DNA of 63,026 nucleotides, the filler included, from Pelomyxa schiedti (Eukaryota > Protista > Evosea), in the NCBI GenBank assembly GCA_020536535.1. It is 10 parts of 10 records of this genome, joined end to end, with 100 filler letters (N's around TTAATTAATTAA, not from the genome) between each part and the next. Parts side by side here need not be neighbours in the genome. Positions count along the whole stretch, not along the records: positions 44,790 to 53,097 come from JAHLWZ010001324.1; positions 53,198 to 63,026 come from JAHLWZ010001283.1; 8 more parts are not named here. One strand, 5' to 3'. Under the pieces are notes generated by a model. It searched no databases and was not told the origin of the DNA. It was given only the letters and a program-made list of their open reading frames with translations. Made by a program: the position numbers and the translations under genes. Shown in pieces: positions 45,281 through 57,000 of this stretch (positions are counted from its first letter, which is position 1; each line of letters opens with the position of its first letter).

Positions 45281-48198
45281 GAACAATGCAATGTTCGTTG
45301 CAACCTTTAATGGGCCTTTGCGGCAAATTTTCGGACATGCAAAGGGGCTTAAAAACGGTGATTTTTCTTGTGGTTTGTACTTATGGGAGAAATTTTTGTT
45401 TTGGGTTGTTGGACTCTCTTTCCGAACTTGTATCGGGATATGATAAAAACAGAGGGAATGTGTCTTAGTAGCAGGCTCCCACAGAGCAGGCAGCAAGCAA
45501 GTGGTCCCCCACATTAAAGAACACGCACACCAGCGATGTGGCACTGGTCTCCCATTATTCAGTGGAATCACAACCAGCAGAAATGGTACCACTGAGCAAG
45601 TACATGCAGAGGGAAGTTTAAGGGGATGAAAGGCCGGAGAAAAGTAAGCAAGAGGTCTATGCTGTGTGGAATTGTGAGGTTAAAAGTGCCACGAAGTACA
45701 AAGTAAAATGCACGAGAGGTTCCTGCTTGGTCTTTGCTGTCTGTGTGGTATAAGATGATATGTTGTTAAGTTACAGAGGGGAACCTGTTTTGTTTTGCCA
45801 TGCACGATCCAAGAGGTTCCAATTTTCTGTTTGGTTTCTGGTAATCATTCTACAAACAAGGCAACACATACTCAAGATTCTGTTAGAATACCTTTGTGCC
45901 CCTTCAAGTTTTGCAATTCCTGTGTGGATTTTTTGGGATCCCCATATGTGATGTAGGGGTTAATTACATCAAGTTGGAGCTGTTACTTGTGGACAGTGTG
46001 GGTCCAGAGAGATATCGGGTTCTTTTTTGTGGACAGTCAAGATATTTTGACTCCCAGCCATACACATTACATGCCTGCCAACGAAAAGAACCTAGAGCCT
46101 GTCAGTCCCCAAGCAGTAACACTTGCGGGGAAAAGTTAAAGACAGATAAAGAGGGGATGACAGATACAGAGAGAACATACAAGTGCAACCCTGAGCTGCA
46201 TTCAATGTAGCCGCCCTCAGAATTGCCACACAGTGCAGCAGTAGCACTAACTGTTATAAAAATGCCAAGAAGGAAGCAGCAGTTGAAGTCGCCAAAGCGG
46301 TGACAGCTGTTGAAGTTGCTGTGAGTGACACAAACTTGGTGGTGGGATGCGACGATGTGGCCAACGTGGTTACAATGTCAGTGCTTTTTCGTGTCGTTGT
46401 TGGGATCCTGGGGGAACAGCGGAACACGCAGATCACCGCGAACCACACTTCCACCAGAGGCAAGAAACAGCCTTATTTGGATTTGTTTAATTAAATTAAT
46501 CAACAGAACAGTGTCAGGGACTCCCCACAACAAAATCGCTGTCCACATCCGCTCTCTCGTGATTGGCATACAGAGAGAGTGTAGTGGCGATAACTGCACA
46601 ACAACAAATACCTAAGAGATGATGCGCATCATCATTACAGAGCCGCAAAACAGTTTGTTGTTGGTCGTGATCTGGAAAATATAACCAGTCCTTGACTGGG
46701 TGAGCTGTGCCTCGTTCAATGTGTACACACCTCCTCATTCTTATTACCCAATAAACGTCAGCTTGTAGGCTTCAATGTTGGGAATTCTCTACAATATATA
46801 TTGCCTTGAGGGAACAAATATGTTGCTGGTGAAGCCGTATGTGAGATTTTTCAATGAGGTTCAACTGACAATTTCAGGAACGAACCGCAATATTCTATCC
46901 CTGTTATGTGTGATTTTCACTGAGGGTACAGCTTATACTTCAAGGAATGAACCCCATTTGCGGGACTTACTTGCTGAAATGTTACCAGCTTTTGGTCATT
47001 TGGGGGAAGAAGTCAAATCAAAACTCGCCCATGGAGGAGCAACAATCTTTTTCATGTAATTCTTACATTCCTTCTTTTGTTATCCTTACACCTCTGATGT
47101 TAGCTCAATCCGTTGCCTGAATCCTGGAGCCCGAAGTGCTCCAACTCCTGGTTCTACAAGAAGCAACAATAACACGTATCAGGAACTACTACATCTTCAT
47201 AGTCACTCCTCCGGGCCTACACAAAGAACACACTTCTTGAGCTCAAGATGAATGTCCTTCTGGGCTACAGTCACCGCTGGATTTCCAAAACAACCCTCAG
47301 CACACTATTGCAGGGTATCTATGCTTCTATTGTACAAGGTTTTAACCAACCACATCCAGCGTTGGAATCATGGCAAATATTGGCGTCGATGGAACAGGAT
47401 CTACTCCTTGTTCGAAGTGGTCAAAGTTTCAATCAAAGATCACCTTGCAACGATCAGTGAGTCCATTACAACATTGTATATTTTTCCACACAACAAGTTG
47501 GCTCTCCGATTCAATGTGCTGGAGCTGTTACTGATTGAATTTCGCAGTGTTATTCAACTGATATTTCTGGCATTAATTTGGGCTTTTCTTGGCGCCACTT
47601 GACGACGAACAAGCTTATCGTAGAACTCAGCAGCGTGTGTGCATGTCCTAGATCTCTGGAATATCACCACTAAAGTGTAAAAGAAGAATTATGCAGAACC
47701 CCCTCAAGTGGTGCAAACACTCAAGGAAATGTCCCATTGAAACAGAAAGGGGCAAGCACTGACCCGACCTTTTAGGGACTGTCTATTCAAAAACCACAAG
47801 TGTGCAATGTAAGTGTGGGTATGCAATCCCTTAGCAACAATACCCATCCCTCCACCCAATAAAACCACTCCTTGTGCTTTGCCCTCTACTGCTACTGCTA
47901 GTAGTGTGTCAGCTTACTCACATTAACACGGCAGGAAAGCCACTGCGCCAGCTCCAGGTGCGCCGAGAGAGCCGGTAATCGCCCTTACAATCACCCTTAC
48001 TGAGTGAAGGTGGTGCTGAGCACAAGACCTCATTCCCCATTTTATCCCCCACTGTTGCAGCTCTTCTGGAAAACGTTAACGAAACTGCTTCTGTTTAACT
48101 TACATTTTTACTTTTCATATGGCTAGTGGAAAGAACTTATTTTGGAGTAGATCTTCTGCATGTGGATTCAAGTTCACTGATCACCGTGTTACTACCAT

Positions 48199-48706
48199 GT
48201 CTATGGAGCCGCTTGTTCCGAAGTTGAAATTGACGTATTGACGGGTATAGGCTCAGTCAAATTGACCTTTTTCACATTGAAAAGGTGATCATACAGTATT
48301 ATGGTCAGATATAGGTGCAGATGCTGTGGTGAGTTTAAACCCAGTTATTGGCATTGGTCGGTCCCCTATTTTATTACTGAATCCATAAAAAAGGTTGATG
48401 GCGCGTTCCTCCAGGGTCAAGGATGGTGCACAACGAGGAAAAAGTTGTTACCCTGAGGAACGGGAATATACACACAAAGGATCCTAGTACTTATAAAGTT
48501 CCTGGCATCACTCTTTCCAAATCGCAACAAAAAGGACATCCCCTTATGGCTGCAGCCTTTTGTGATGCACCGCGGGATTTCCGGACTTCACTGCTCCCAA
48601 GTCACCCCAGAAGCTTTATGTGCCTATCCTCGCATTGGTCAGACGCAGTTTTACCTTGGAGCATCAGTATTCTTTGCACTCCAGGAAGCCATCACCTCCA
48701 CAAGGT
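48199..48706 (+). pseudogene. XDH: Xanthine dehydrogenase / aldehyde oxidase C-terminal molybdopterin-binding fragment
   Basis: VYGAACSEVEIDVLTG, GDHTVLWSDI..SLNPVIGIG, VDGAFLQGQGW, IHTKDPSTYKVPG, FYLGASVFFALQEAI. Frameshifts lie between the segments. Confidence 0.8.
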
Positions 48707-49162
48707 TACCAAATGCTATTCTAATAAGGGTTATCCCTTTAGCTCAAAAGCGAGACTCAGACTGAGTCTATCGGGGATCATGGGATCTTATCAAACTTCT
48801 TCGCGATGTATCTTGATAGTTGTAGATTGTTCCCTCTGTACTTAGATAAAAAGATGGGTTTCGAGTGCACTGGAGCGCGATGCATCCTGAAGGAATGGAT
48901 GAAACGCGCTTGAGTGCGATGTATACTCAATGACAGCGATAAAGTGCTGTCAGTTGGATGCGCCCTTGTCTTGTTTTGGCAGGTCGGGACATGCACACCT
49001 AATCACTACGTGGCATGTGGCAGATAAAAGGAAGCGCGTTAGTGATCACAGAAACAAAACCAACAAAATAACACATGAGTGACGAGCTTGGAGATGATGA
49101 GATGAAAGGTTGTGTAGCCTCTGATGTTGCTGTGGATACCAGGCCCAACCTGAAACTAATAC

Positions 49163-50020
49163 TTGTTGCACCATGGGAAGACATGGGCATGTATCAACCC
49201 GCGTGCCTCCACTTTCCCTGGCACAACAGCACCAAGCATCCTGAATGGTGGTCTCAAGGCGAAATGGAACAAATGGCTGGATGAGCACAAATCTTTGTTG
49301 TCTTCCTATGCTCTCCTGTGCTTATTTTGGCCTGAGGTTTGGTGGGAACAAATTACCATACAGACTAATCTCTATGCAAAGCAGCAGGGAGCTCCCTCAT
49401 GGCATCCCACTAGTGCGAAAGAAGTCAAGAAGTTCTTTGGTGTGCTTCTATTCATGTCTCAAGTGAGGTTGCCATGTGCATACACTGGATATTGGAACCA
49501 CAAGCTTTATGCCCAAAAAGCCATCCAGACCTCAGGGATGAACAAATTTCGATTCTACCAGCTGAAGAAGTACCTGCACCTTGACAACTACACTAAATTT
49601 TCTGCGGCACAAATGGAAGACAAGGCATTCAAGCTCCAGAGAGAGTTCCAGCGGTTCACAAGTAGAGTCAATAATGTGTGGGTGTCTGAGGTTCACATCA
49701 ACGTCGATGAAGGGATGGTCAAAGGTGAACAGCACAAGCACCCATGCAAAAAAAGATCTCCAAAGAAACCAATCCAATGTAGAACTGAGATCAAGATGGC
49801 TGTTGATCAGCATGGCATCTGTGTATTTGCCGAAGTAAGTGCCACAAACACTGGGGAGAAGCCAAAAAATGACAAAGACAAGACAAAACAACAAGGTGTC
49901 AACACCACCCTGATGCAAAATATCATTGATGCTGTCAGTCTACCATGCAGATATATTTTAATTATATATGTGTTTCTATATATTTGCCATGGCTTTGGCC
50001 ACAAGCAACACAAAGTGTGA
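49163..50020 (+). mobile_element. piggyBac-like transposase (DDE_Tnp_1_7 / PGBD-like), 3' truncated
   Basis: LFWPEVWWEQITIQTNLYA, TSAKEVKKFFGVLLFM, YW...MNKFRFYQLKKYLHL, INVDEGMV and KKPIQC are typical piggyBac transposase blocks. No terminal inverted repeats confirmed. Confidence 0.82.
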
Positions 50021-50559
50021 TGACACTCCCCACTTGCCTCACCTCCTAACCAAAAAAAAAAAAAAAGACCAGGTTGTTTTGTGAGCCAGAACCAGAAAAG
50101 GGGAAGGAAGAGGGAAGTGGCCTGTGGCGGGGGCTACCGAAACCGCCAGAGATCCGCCAAAAAAACAAAAATTTTGGATAAGGAAGGGGACACTTTCGTG
50201 CGCGTACTACTAGTGGTTCACTGTTCCTTCCACTGGCCATTTCCCCTCTCTTCCTCTTCACTTTTTGGAAACTCCCAATCCTGGCATTTTGGGAGCAGAC
50301 AAGGTGATTTACCACCAACTCATGATTTTCTTTATGTTTGCCTCACACACTACATAGTTCTGTTTCAATTAGGAGAAACTTGCATTTCCAGACGTGCATT
50401 CAGTGCGTCAGGAACTACGTTGGTAATCCCCTTTATGTATACATCTTTTGTTGGTAAGCAACTTTGTAGGGTGAGACACCTTCTCCATACTTTACTGTGA
50501 GGCGGACATGTATCATTTAGCCTTACCAATACTGCATGATCAAAATAAAGTATCCAGGA

Positions 50560-53080
50560 GTGATTTTCGAGGTATTCTTAGAATCAAACAATTCCACAAA
50601 CAACAGCTAATACTTCCAATTCGGTAATAGGGTAATTCTGTTCGTACTTCTTCAACTTTGGTCTTTGGAACTCCCATGACAATCTTGCAACATTCCTCAT
50701 GATATGTCCAAGGAATATAATTGTATCAAGACAAAATTCACACTTAGAAGGTTTCAACTTCACTCCAGCTTCATATAACCATTCAAATACTTCTAGATGC
50801 TTCACATGAATATGTGAAAATATGATGATGTTAACAATATAAGTTAAAACATTTGCCATTGCTTTATGTCGTTGGTAAGTCATTTACCAAACCAAATGGC
50901 ATTCTTACCATCTCCAGGTGTCTAATGCACAATAAAAGCAGTTTTCAGTATGTCTTCCTCTTTCATCTGCACTTGCCCACAGCCACTGAATGCATCTAAC
51001 TTTGGCCAAAATCTGTTCTCTCCTAGCAGATGTGTTGTACTCATGACATTGGGCATAGCAAATCCATCCTTGACATGATTGTGCTGAGATGTCAATAGTC
51101 AACACAAAAACGAATTGAACCGTATTTCTTCACAAGAATGACAGGTGCTGAGTATGGACTGTTGCTATATCTAACCACACCCACATCAAGTAATTTTTGC
51201 ACTTCTTCTTTCTCCTTTTCACACTTATCAGGATTCACTGTCTCTTCACATTGATGGGTGCATCAGATGTCAACTTGATTTCATGTTCAACTCCCTTTAT
51301 TTCTCCAAGTTCCTATGCTATTACTGTGAAAACTTTGCGATAAGCCATTGAGGAGTTTCAACAACTTATATACTTCTGATTCTCATCCAAATATGATCCA
51401 ATCTTCCAATTGTTTATTGGTTCTCTAGGTACTGTATTCTCATCTTTCTTGTTAATGTTAATCTCATAAACTGCAAGTGATCCTACTCGTTTCCAGCTTC
51501 CATTACATCTTGGCTGGGATTTCCCCTTGAGGGCTTGTCCTTTGTACAATCAAGCAGGAGCTTCCCTTGTGTCTGCCACTTTGATTGCGAAATTTCTAGT
51601 TTCCAGTATGATATACAGAGCAGAATGTGCAAGATACCATGTATGATTCCTTCTTTGCACTTCTCAACAAGTAATAATTCTCCAGGATGTAATCCGACTG
51701 GTAGATTGACTTCAATCTTCATAGTAGTCCAGCCTGCGATTGTCAAATTGTTGGCTGATACTATCCTCTTGGTGGTTCTATTCTTTGTAAGTAAATGTAC
51801 TTTCTTCCCACCTTACCATCTAAATGAATAACAAGAATTCAAGATGTCTCCTTAGTACAATGTAGTGGGTGGCATCACAGCCCAGTAGAACTATATCCTT
51901 CAGTCCTTTGGTCACTGTAAAAGTTACAATATGCTTTGCATTTCCAATTTCTGCAGGTAAATCAATTCATCCCCAGAATTCCAGTAATGTGTCATTGATA
52001 GCTTCAGCTTTTGCAACACTATTCAAAGTGGACAACCAAGTGCCCAACTTACTACGAAACGCGTGCTTGCTTGCCTTGGCATCAGAGTAAGCAGCTGTAG
52101 ATGAGGGAATTGCCTTTCCTCCACCGTTACGTAGGCTACAAGTTTTGGCAGAACCTGTGCAGCCACCAGACTCACTACCAGAGCTTTCCTTCACGTCTGT
52201 TTGCTCTTCTTCATCGCTGTCTCCTAATTCACATACTCTAGGCTTAGTACAATCTCTCCACTTGTGACCATATTGTCCACAGTTATCACATTTGATGTGA
52301 CTATTTCCAGAATGAGATGTGTTCGATGATGAATCAAATGTGGTGTGCTTGGTTGGTGGATAGTGGTGACTTCCTGATGTGCTAGTGCTAGCAGAAGTAC
52401 TAGTGGTGGTAGTTGAGAGAGAATGGCGAGAGGTGCTTCCATGTGACTGGTTTGAATGGAATTGTTCTGCTGGTAATATCCATGATCATTGTATGTCACG
52501 TGAATTCGTTTGTCGTGATCCTCAACCTCTTGTAGTTTCTGGATCAACTGTGGAATCGTTGTCACTTGGCATTTCACTGCTGTGTGGTAACACACTTCCC
52601 ATACAATGCATTTATTGACATCTTCACTTTCATATCTTCATCCAGTGGAGTTCTCAATCTCGCCGCTTCTTTCTGAAATTCACTCCCAGAGTATACAATC
52701 TTCTCACCACATTTTTGTCTCATATTTGCCAGGTGGTGCAACTGTTTACCTTCATGGCGGTGTACAGTTAGTTTCTCAGGTTCATCAAAAACATCCTCAA
52801 TAGACAAATGTTCTTCCCAGAAATATGATTGCATCATTTCTGGTAAACTCCTACAAATACTAATCATTGCCTGACCTTTGGTCCAGCCCCTTTTGTGATT
52901 GCTCTCTTTCACAAGCGTGGACCATAACCTGAATGGTTGATGAAAGTGGTATGCGGGAACATTTGTCTTGAATCTCGGCGTTCTCCCAGATGGTGCAACC
53001 GCAGATTCTGTATTGTTCAAAGGCCGCGAAGCTGTATCTTCCTGGTTCTGTTCATTAGGTCCCTTATCTTCCACTACTGG
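50560..53080 (-). mobile_element. Degenerate Ty3/gypsy LTR retrotransposon (gag, protease, RT, RNase H remnants)
   Basis: CCHC knuckle CDNCGQYGHKWRDC (52249-52290), protease-like DIVLLGCD, RT RFCVDY, KTAF and MPFGL, KLKPSKCEFCLDTIIFLGHI, and RNase H EQNYPITELEVLAVV. Many stops and frameshifts; no integrase or LTR seen. Confidence 0.88.
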
Positions 53081-53197
53081 GATATCCTCATGTCCTCNNN
53101 NNNNNNNNNNNNNNNNNNNNNNNNNNNNNNNNNNNNNNNNNTTAATTAATTAANNNNNNNNNNNNNNNNNNNNNNNNNNNNNNNNNNNNNNNNNNNN

Positions 53198-53893
53198 GGC
53201 ATGATAATGGGAGGAACCCTTGGTCTTGCTGGAAACCCACCACGCTTTGTTGTTGGCTGCTAAAGCCTATTGGCATTGGGAGCAAGCCCCCTTGAAGCTT
53301 AAGTGAGGCACTATGGCTCTGCTGTTCAGAGCACCAGCTTCAGGGTTCAGTGGCTCTGAAGTTTGCAGTATCAATTGGAGCTCATCTTTTTTCTTTTTTC
53401 TTTTTTTTTTTTTTTTTTTTTCCTGCTTATTATTCTTTATTTTTTTTGTTTATTACCTTTATTAGCACCCAACTCATTCGTGGCCAAAAGGGGATCGATG
53501 TGGGTCATTCTGTGGCTCGTGCTCTGTCAATGTGCGTCGATGTCGATTTGGTGAGGCCGTCGCTCCTTGTCGATGTCGATTTGGTGAGGCCGTCGCTCCT
53601 TGTCAATGTCGATTTGGTGAGGCACTCGCGGCCATCGCTCTTTGTCGATGTCGATTTGGTGAGGCCGTCGCTCCTTGTCAATGTCGATCTGGTGAGGCAC
53701 TCGTGGGTGTCAATGTGTGCCGATGTCGATTTGGTGAGGCCGTCGCTCTTTGTCGATGTGTGGCTCGCCATGGGCATGATAATGGGAGGAACCCTTGGTC
53801 TTGCTGGAAACCCACCACGCTTTGTTGTTGGCTGCTAAAGCCTATTGGCATTGGGAGCAAGCCCCCTTGAAGCTTAAGTGAGGCACTATGGCT
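53198..53893. repeat. 575-bp period repeat containing a 33-bp minisatellite
   Basis: An identical 121-mer occurs at 53198-53318 and 53773-53893. About six copies of gtcgatgtcgatttggtgaggccgtcgctcctt variants lie at about 53536-53757. Confidence 0.9.
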
Positions 53894-54039
53894 ACTGTGT
53901 GGCTCTCCCAAAAAATCATCAAAAACTGGGTGATGTTTATGTTTTTGTTTTGGCCAAATAGTGGTCAAGAGTCATTGAGACACTGGTAGAATGCCAAAGA
54001 TGTGGTCTTACATCACTTAAGTGCAATGTAGATTGAAAC

Positions 54040-57000
54040 CTTATTTGAGGGTTTTCCCCAAATTGTTGAAGGTGTTGTTTTCAGAAACACTCCCGATTTT
54101 ATTGTGGATGATACTTGTGGGAGAGTTTAGAATTTTGCTCAACTTGGGGTCCCATCTGGACCAAACTCCACAGGTGCACGTGGCTGACAAAGGCGGCAAA
54201 CCACCGACTACGTACTCTCCCCAATGATTGGATTCGATTCAACGTCCGGAAAAGTAGTTCGCGACTGGCCGAAGTACAAATACAACAATGTGTAGTAGTG
54301 GTTTGAGGATTTTTTGCCTCCCTTATTTACCTGTGCTACAGTGCAAGACAGAGTAAACCCCATAGCTTCCATTCATGTACCAACGCAGGGGCACAGCTCT
54401 TTTGCCTGTCAAATAGATTGTATATTCATGTTTGTAGAGTTCTTCTATCGTCAGAAGATCGGGTATAGTATGCAACACCAAAAATTGAGTTACGGCAGTT
54501 TCGCATGGTAAGGTATGTACTCTCCTGTGAGATTCTTATCTGGGAACTGTGTTGAAATAGGGATCACCAATCCACTGAGCGATACTTTGAAGATTCTGGA
54601 CCTAAAAGTGGGCCTTTTGTTCATTGTTGGCCATGCCACTTGGATCAGCAAAGTTTCCATTGAACCAGGGCATCATTAAGTGGTGAGGGTGCGATGTTAA
54701 TCCTCTGATTTTTCCCTCTCAAGGGAACGAACTCGGAGCAGAGAAGATGGGGAAATGGATATTTGGAAATAGCCTCAAGCTGAGCCTAGAGATGGTGAAA
54801 TCGTGAAAAAGTAAATGGACAGAACCTGTTGTCCTTCCACCAAGAGCATTCCGGAGTTCCGGAGATAACTTCACATAGTTTATTCGGTTGCAAGCATAAA
54901 TGGCAGGCTTTTTTGCTCGCTTTGTGCTGTGAAGTTTGAGGTCCATTGGTGAACAAAGAAATGAGAAAAGTATGATACCAAATATTTCTCTGACTCTCAA
55001 CTGGGGTCCAGTGAAACTCTTTTTGAGCATGAGAAATTTGTACCCAGGTACGGTTTAGCTTACAGTTTGATAAAAATATATGGGCCTCTGGTATCTGTTC
55101 CCCAAGAAGCTCCTCAATTCGAGTGTTTTTGTTCTGGACATCTGTTTGAAAAATGTGTGGTGTTCTCGTTCCTTAAAGAGTCCACATAGCCTCCATGTGC
55201 GGAAAATATTCGGCTCAATCTGGCTGGTTTTCTCGACTTCTTATTTGGCTATCTAAGGTCAGATAGTCTTTGGTGCCCAGCCAGGATTGCTGTGGTAACT
55301 TTGCAGGATGTATTGTGACCTGGGAGTTTACAGAATGAGTAATAGTGCCCCCAACAGGAGAGATAATGTGGGAATGCTCCACTCAGCCCATAAAACCATG
55401 TGATGTAATATCGTGAGGCAAATGTTTTGGGTATCATCAGGGACTGAAAGACATTAGATGGTTTGTGAAATGCGGTTCTCTATATTCGGGTTTGTGTTTC
55501 CCTGTGGAGTGGCTGGTCAGAAAGTATTACTGGAAGACTTCGGCACCCTTAACTCTCATGCCGCCTTAGATGGTGGGCACAGTTCATAGGTTGCTGTTGG
55601 TTTTGGAGTGTGAAGGTTCCTGCTTAACAACTCGACAGGAGTTTGTGACTTTCAAGTTTCTTCAGAGTCTTTCAGCTTATATCTTGAGATTAAAGCTACT
55701 GGGTTTTTTCCGAAACTCAACTCCCAGTCAGCCTTTGGTTTGGCTAGGAAAGTGTGAAAGAGCACTGAATTGATGCAAATGGGAGACAGTCTTCTTCATT
55801 GACATTTTCCATCAATGTTGAGCAGGATCGAGGTAGGACTGTATTAAAAGAAGACTTAAATTATTCTCGTCTTTGAGGCACTTTAACTGTATGTCTTTGC
55901 TGAGAATTTGTGCCAGTGGGGACATCAAATAGACTACTCTTGTGATCATCATGCAGCCGCTTTGCTCTTTCATTGTGCCCGGGCTTACTCATGTCTCATG
56001 GTTTGTTTCTTTCACCTTTTTTTTCCATTATGCGTGATTCGGATGTGAGGTACTCCTGCGCTCTCACTATACCTCTGACTTTAACTTTGGTCTGTGGCCA
56101 CCATGTTCCTGTCCCACGACTCACCCATATTCAGGGTGGTGGCGGTGTATTGAAGCCTGGAATTAATGTATGCACCTTAGTTTGTACCCAGTTGCTTACT
56201 TGGGTCTTCAGCACGCAGTTAGCCGTTGATAGTGTCTAGATGGATGAGGCGCAGATGTATGGGAGTGTGCAAATGATCCAGGTGAAGTCTTGAATGTGCT
56301 CCATGGTATAAACACAACATGGTACCGGTTGTCAAAGAATACACTGTCCACATGCACCCACTGCCCATAGTGTGCAAGCTGCTACATGTGAGGGAAATTG
56401 TCTATTACTGTAGTGGTGGTTAATTAATTAGGGTCGTGGATAAGAGATGGCCAGGGAAGGGCTACTTGGAGGTAAGTTGATGTTTATACTTGTAGTACCT
56501 TAGAAAGTCCTGCCATCCATTTGAGTTGGAATGGGTTTCTGGGACTTAGTGTAGGATTGGATTGTTCTATGAAGAATAGGATCTCTTCAATAAGTTCTGA
56601 AATACTAGTATTCAAGTCCCTCACTCAACCCAATGAAGAGTTCTCCCCAGTTGCTAGGGTTCTTGGCGATGTACTTACTCGTTATCCTTTTTTACTGCAC
56701 AACACCGAAAATAAGAGTCCAACAACAATCAAAGCAGTGGGTCCATCTGAAAATGCCGTTTGATAACGAGGACACCAGGGTTCATCAAATTTTAAATCGT
56801 GGTCTGCTACTTGCGGAGCAAATCTTATAACTGCGGTATAGACTGAAGCGTATCCTTAGAGAAATTCGCGATTTTGATCTTATGTTTGGTCAGTGCTTGG
56901 ATAACACGAAGTTGTTTCCCTTTCTGTTTGATATGATTTCCACACAGTGCTTTGAATAACTTTGGGAGTTACCAGTGTACCTTAATGCCTTAAAATGGTC

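Noticed and set aside
46500-47600. Possible degenerate coding region
   Set aside because: Fragmentary ORFs on both strands with no recognisable motif.
48731-48745. piggyBac left end (TTAT CCCTTTAG)
   Set aside because: Target site is not TTAA and no matching right-end repeat was found.
53536-53757. CRISPR-like array
   Set aside because: The inter-repeat segments are themselves repeated, so it is a minisatellite.
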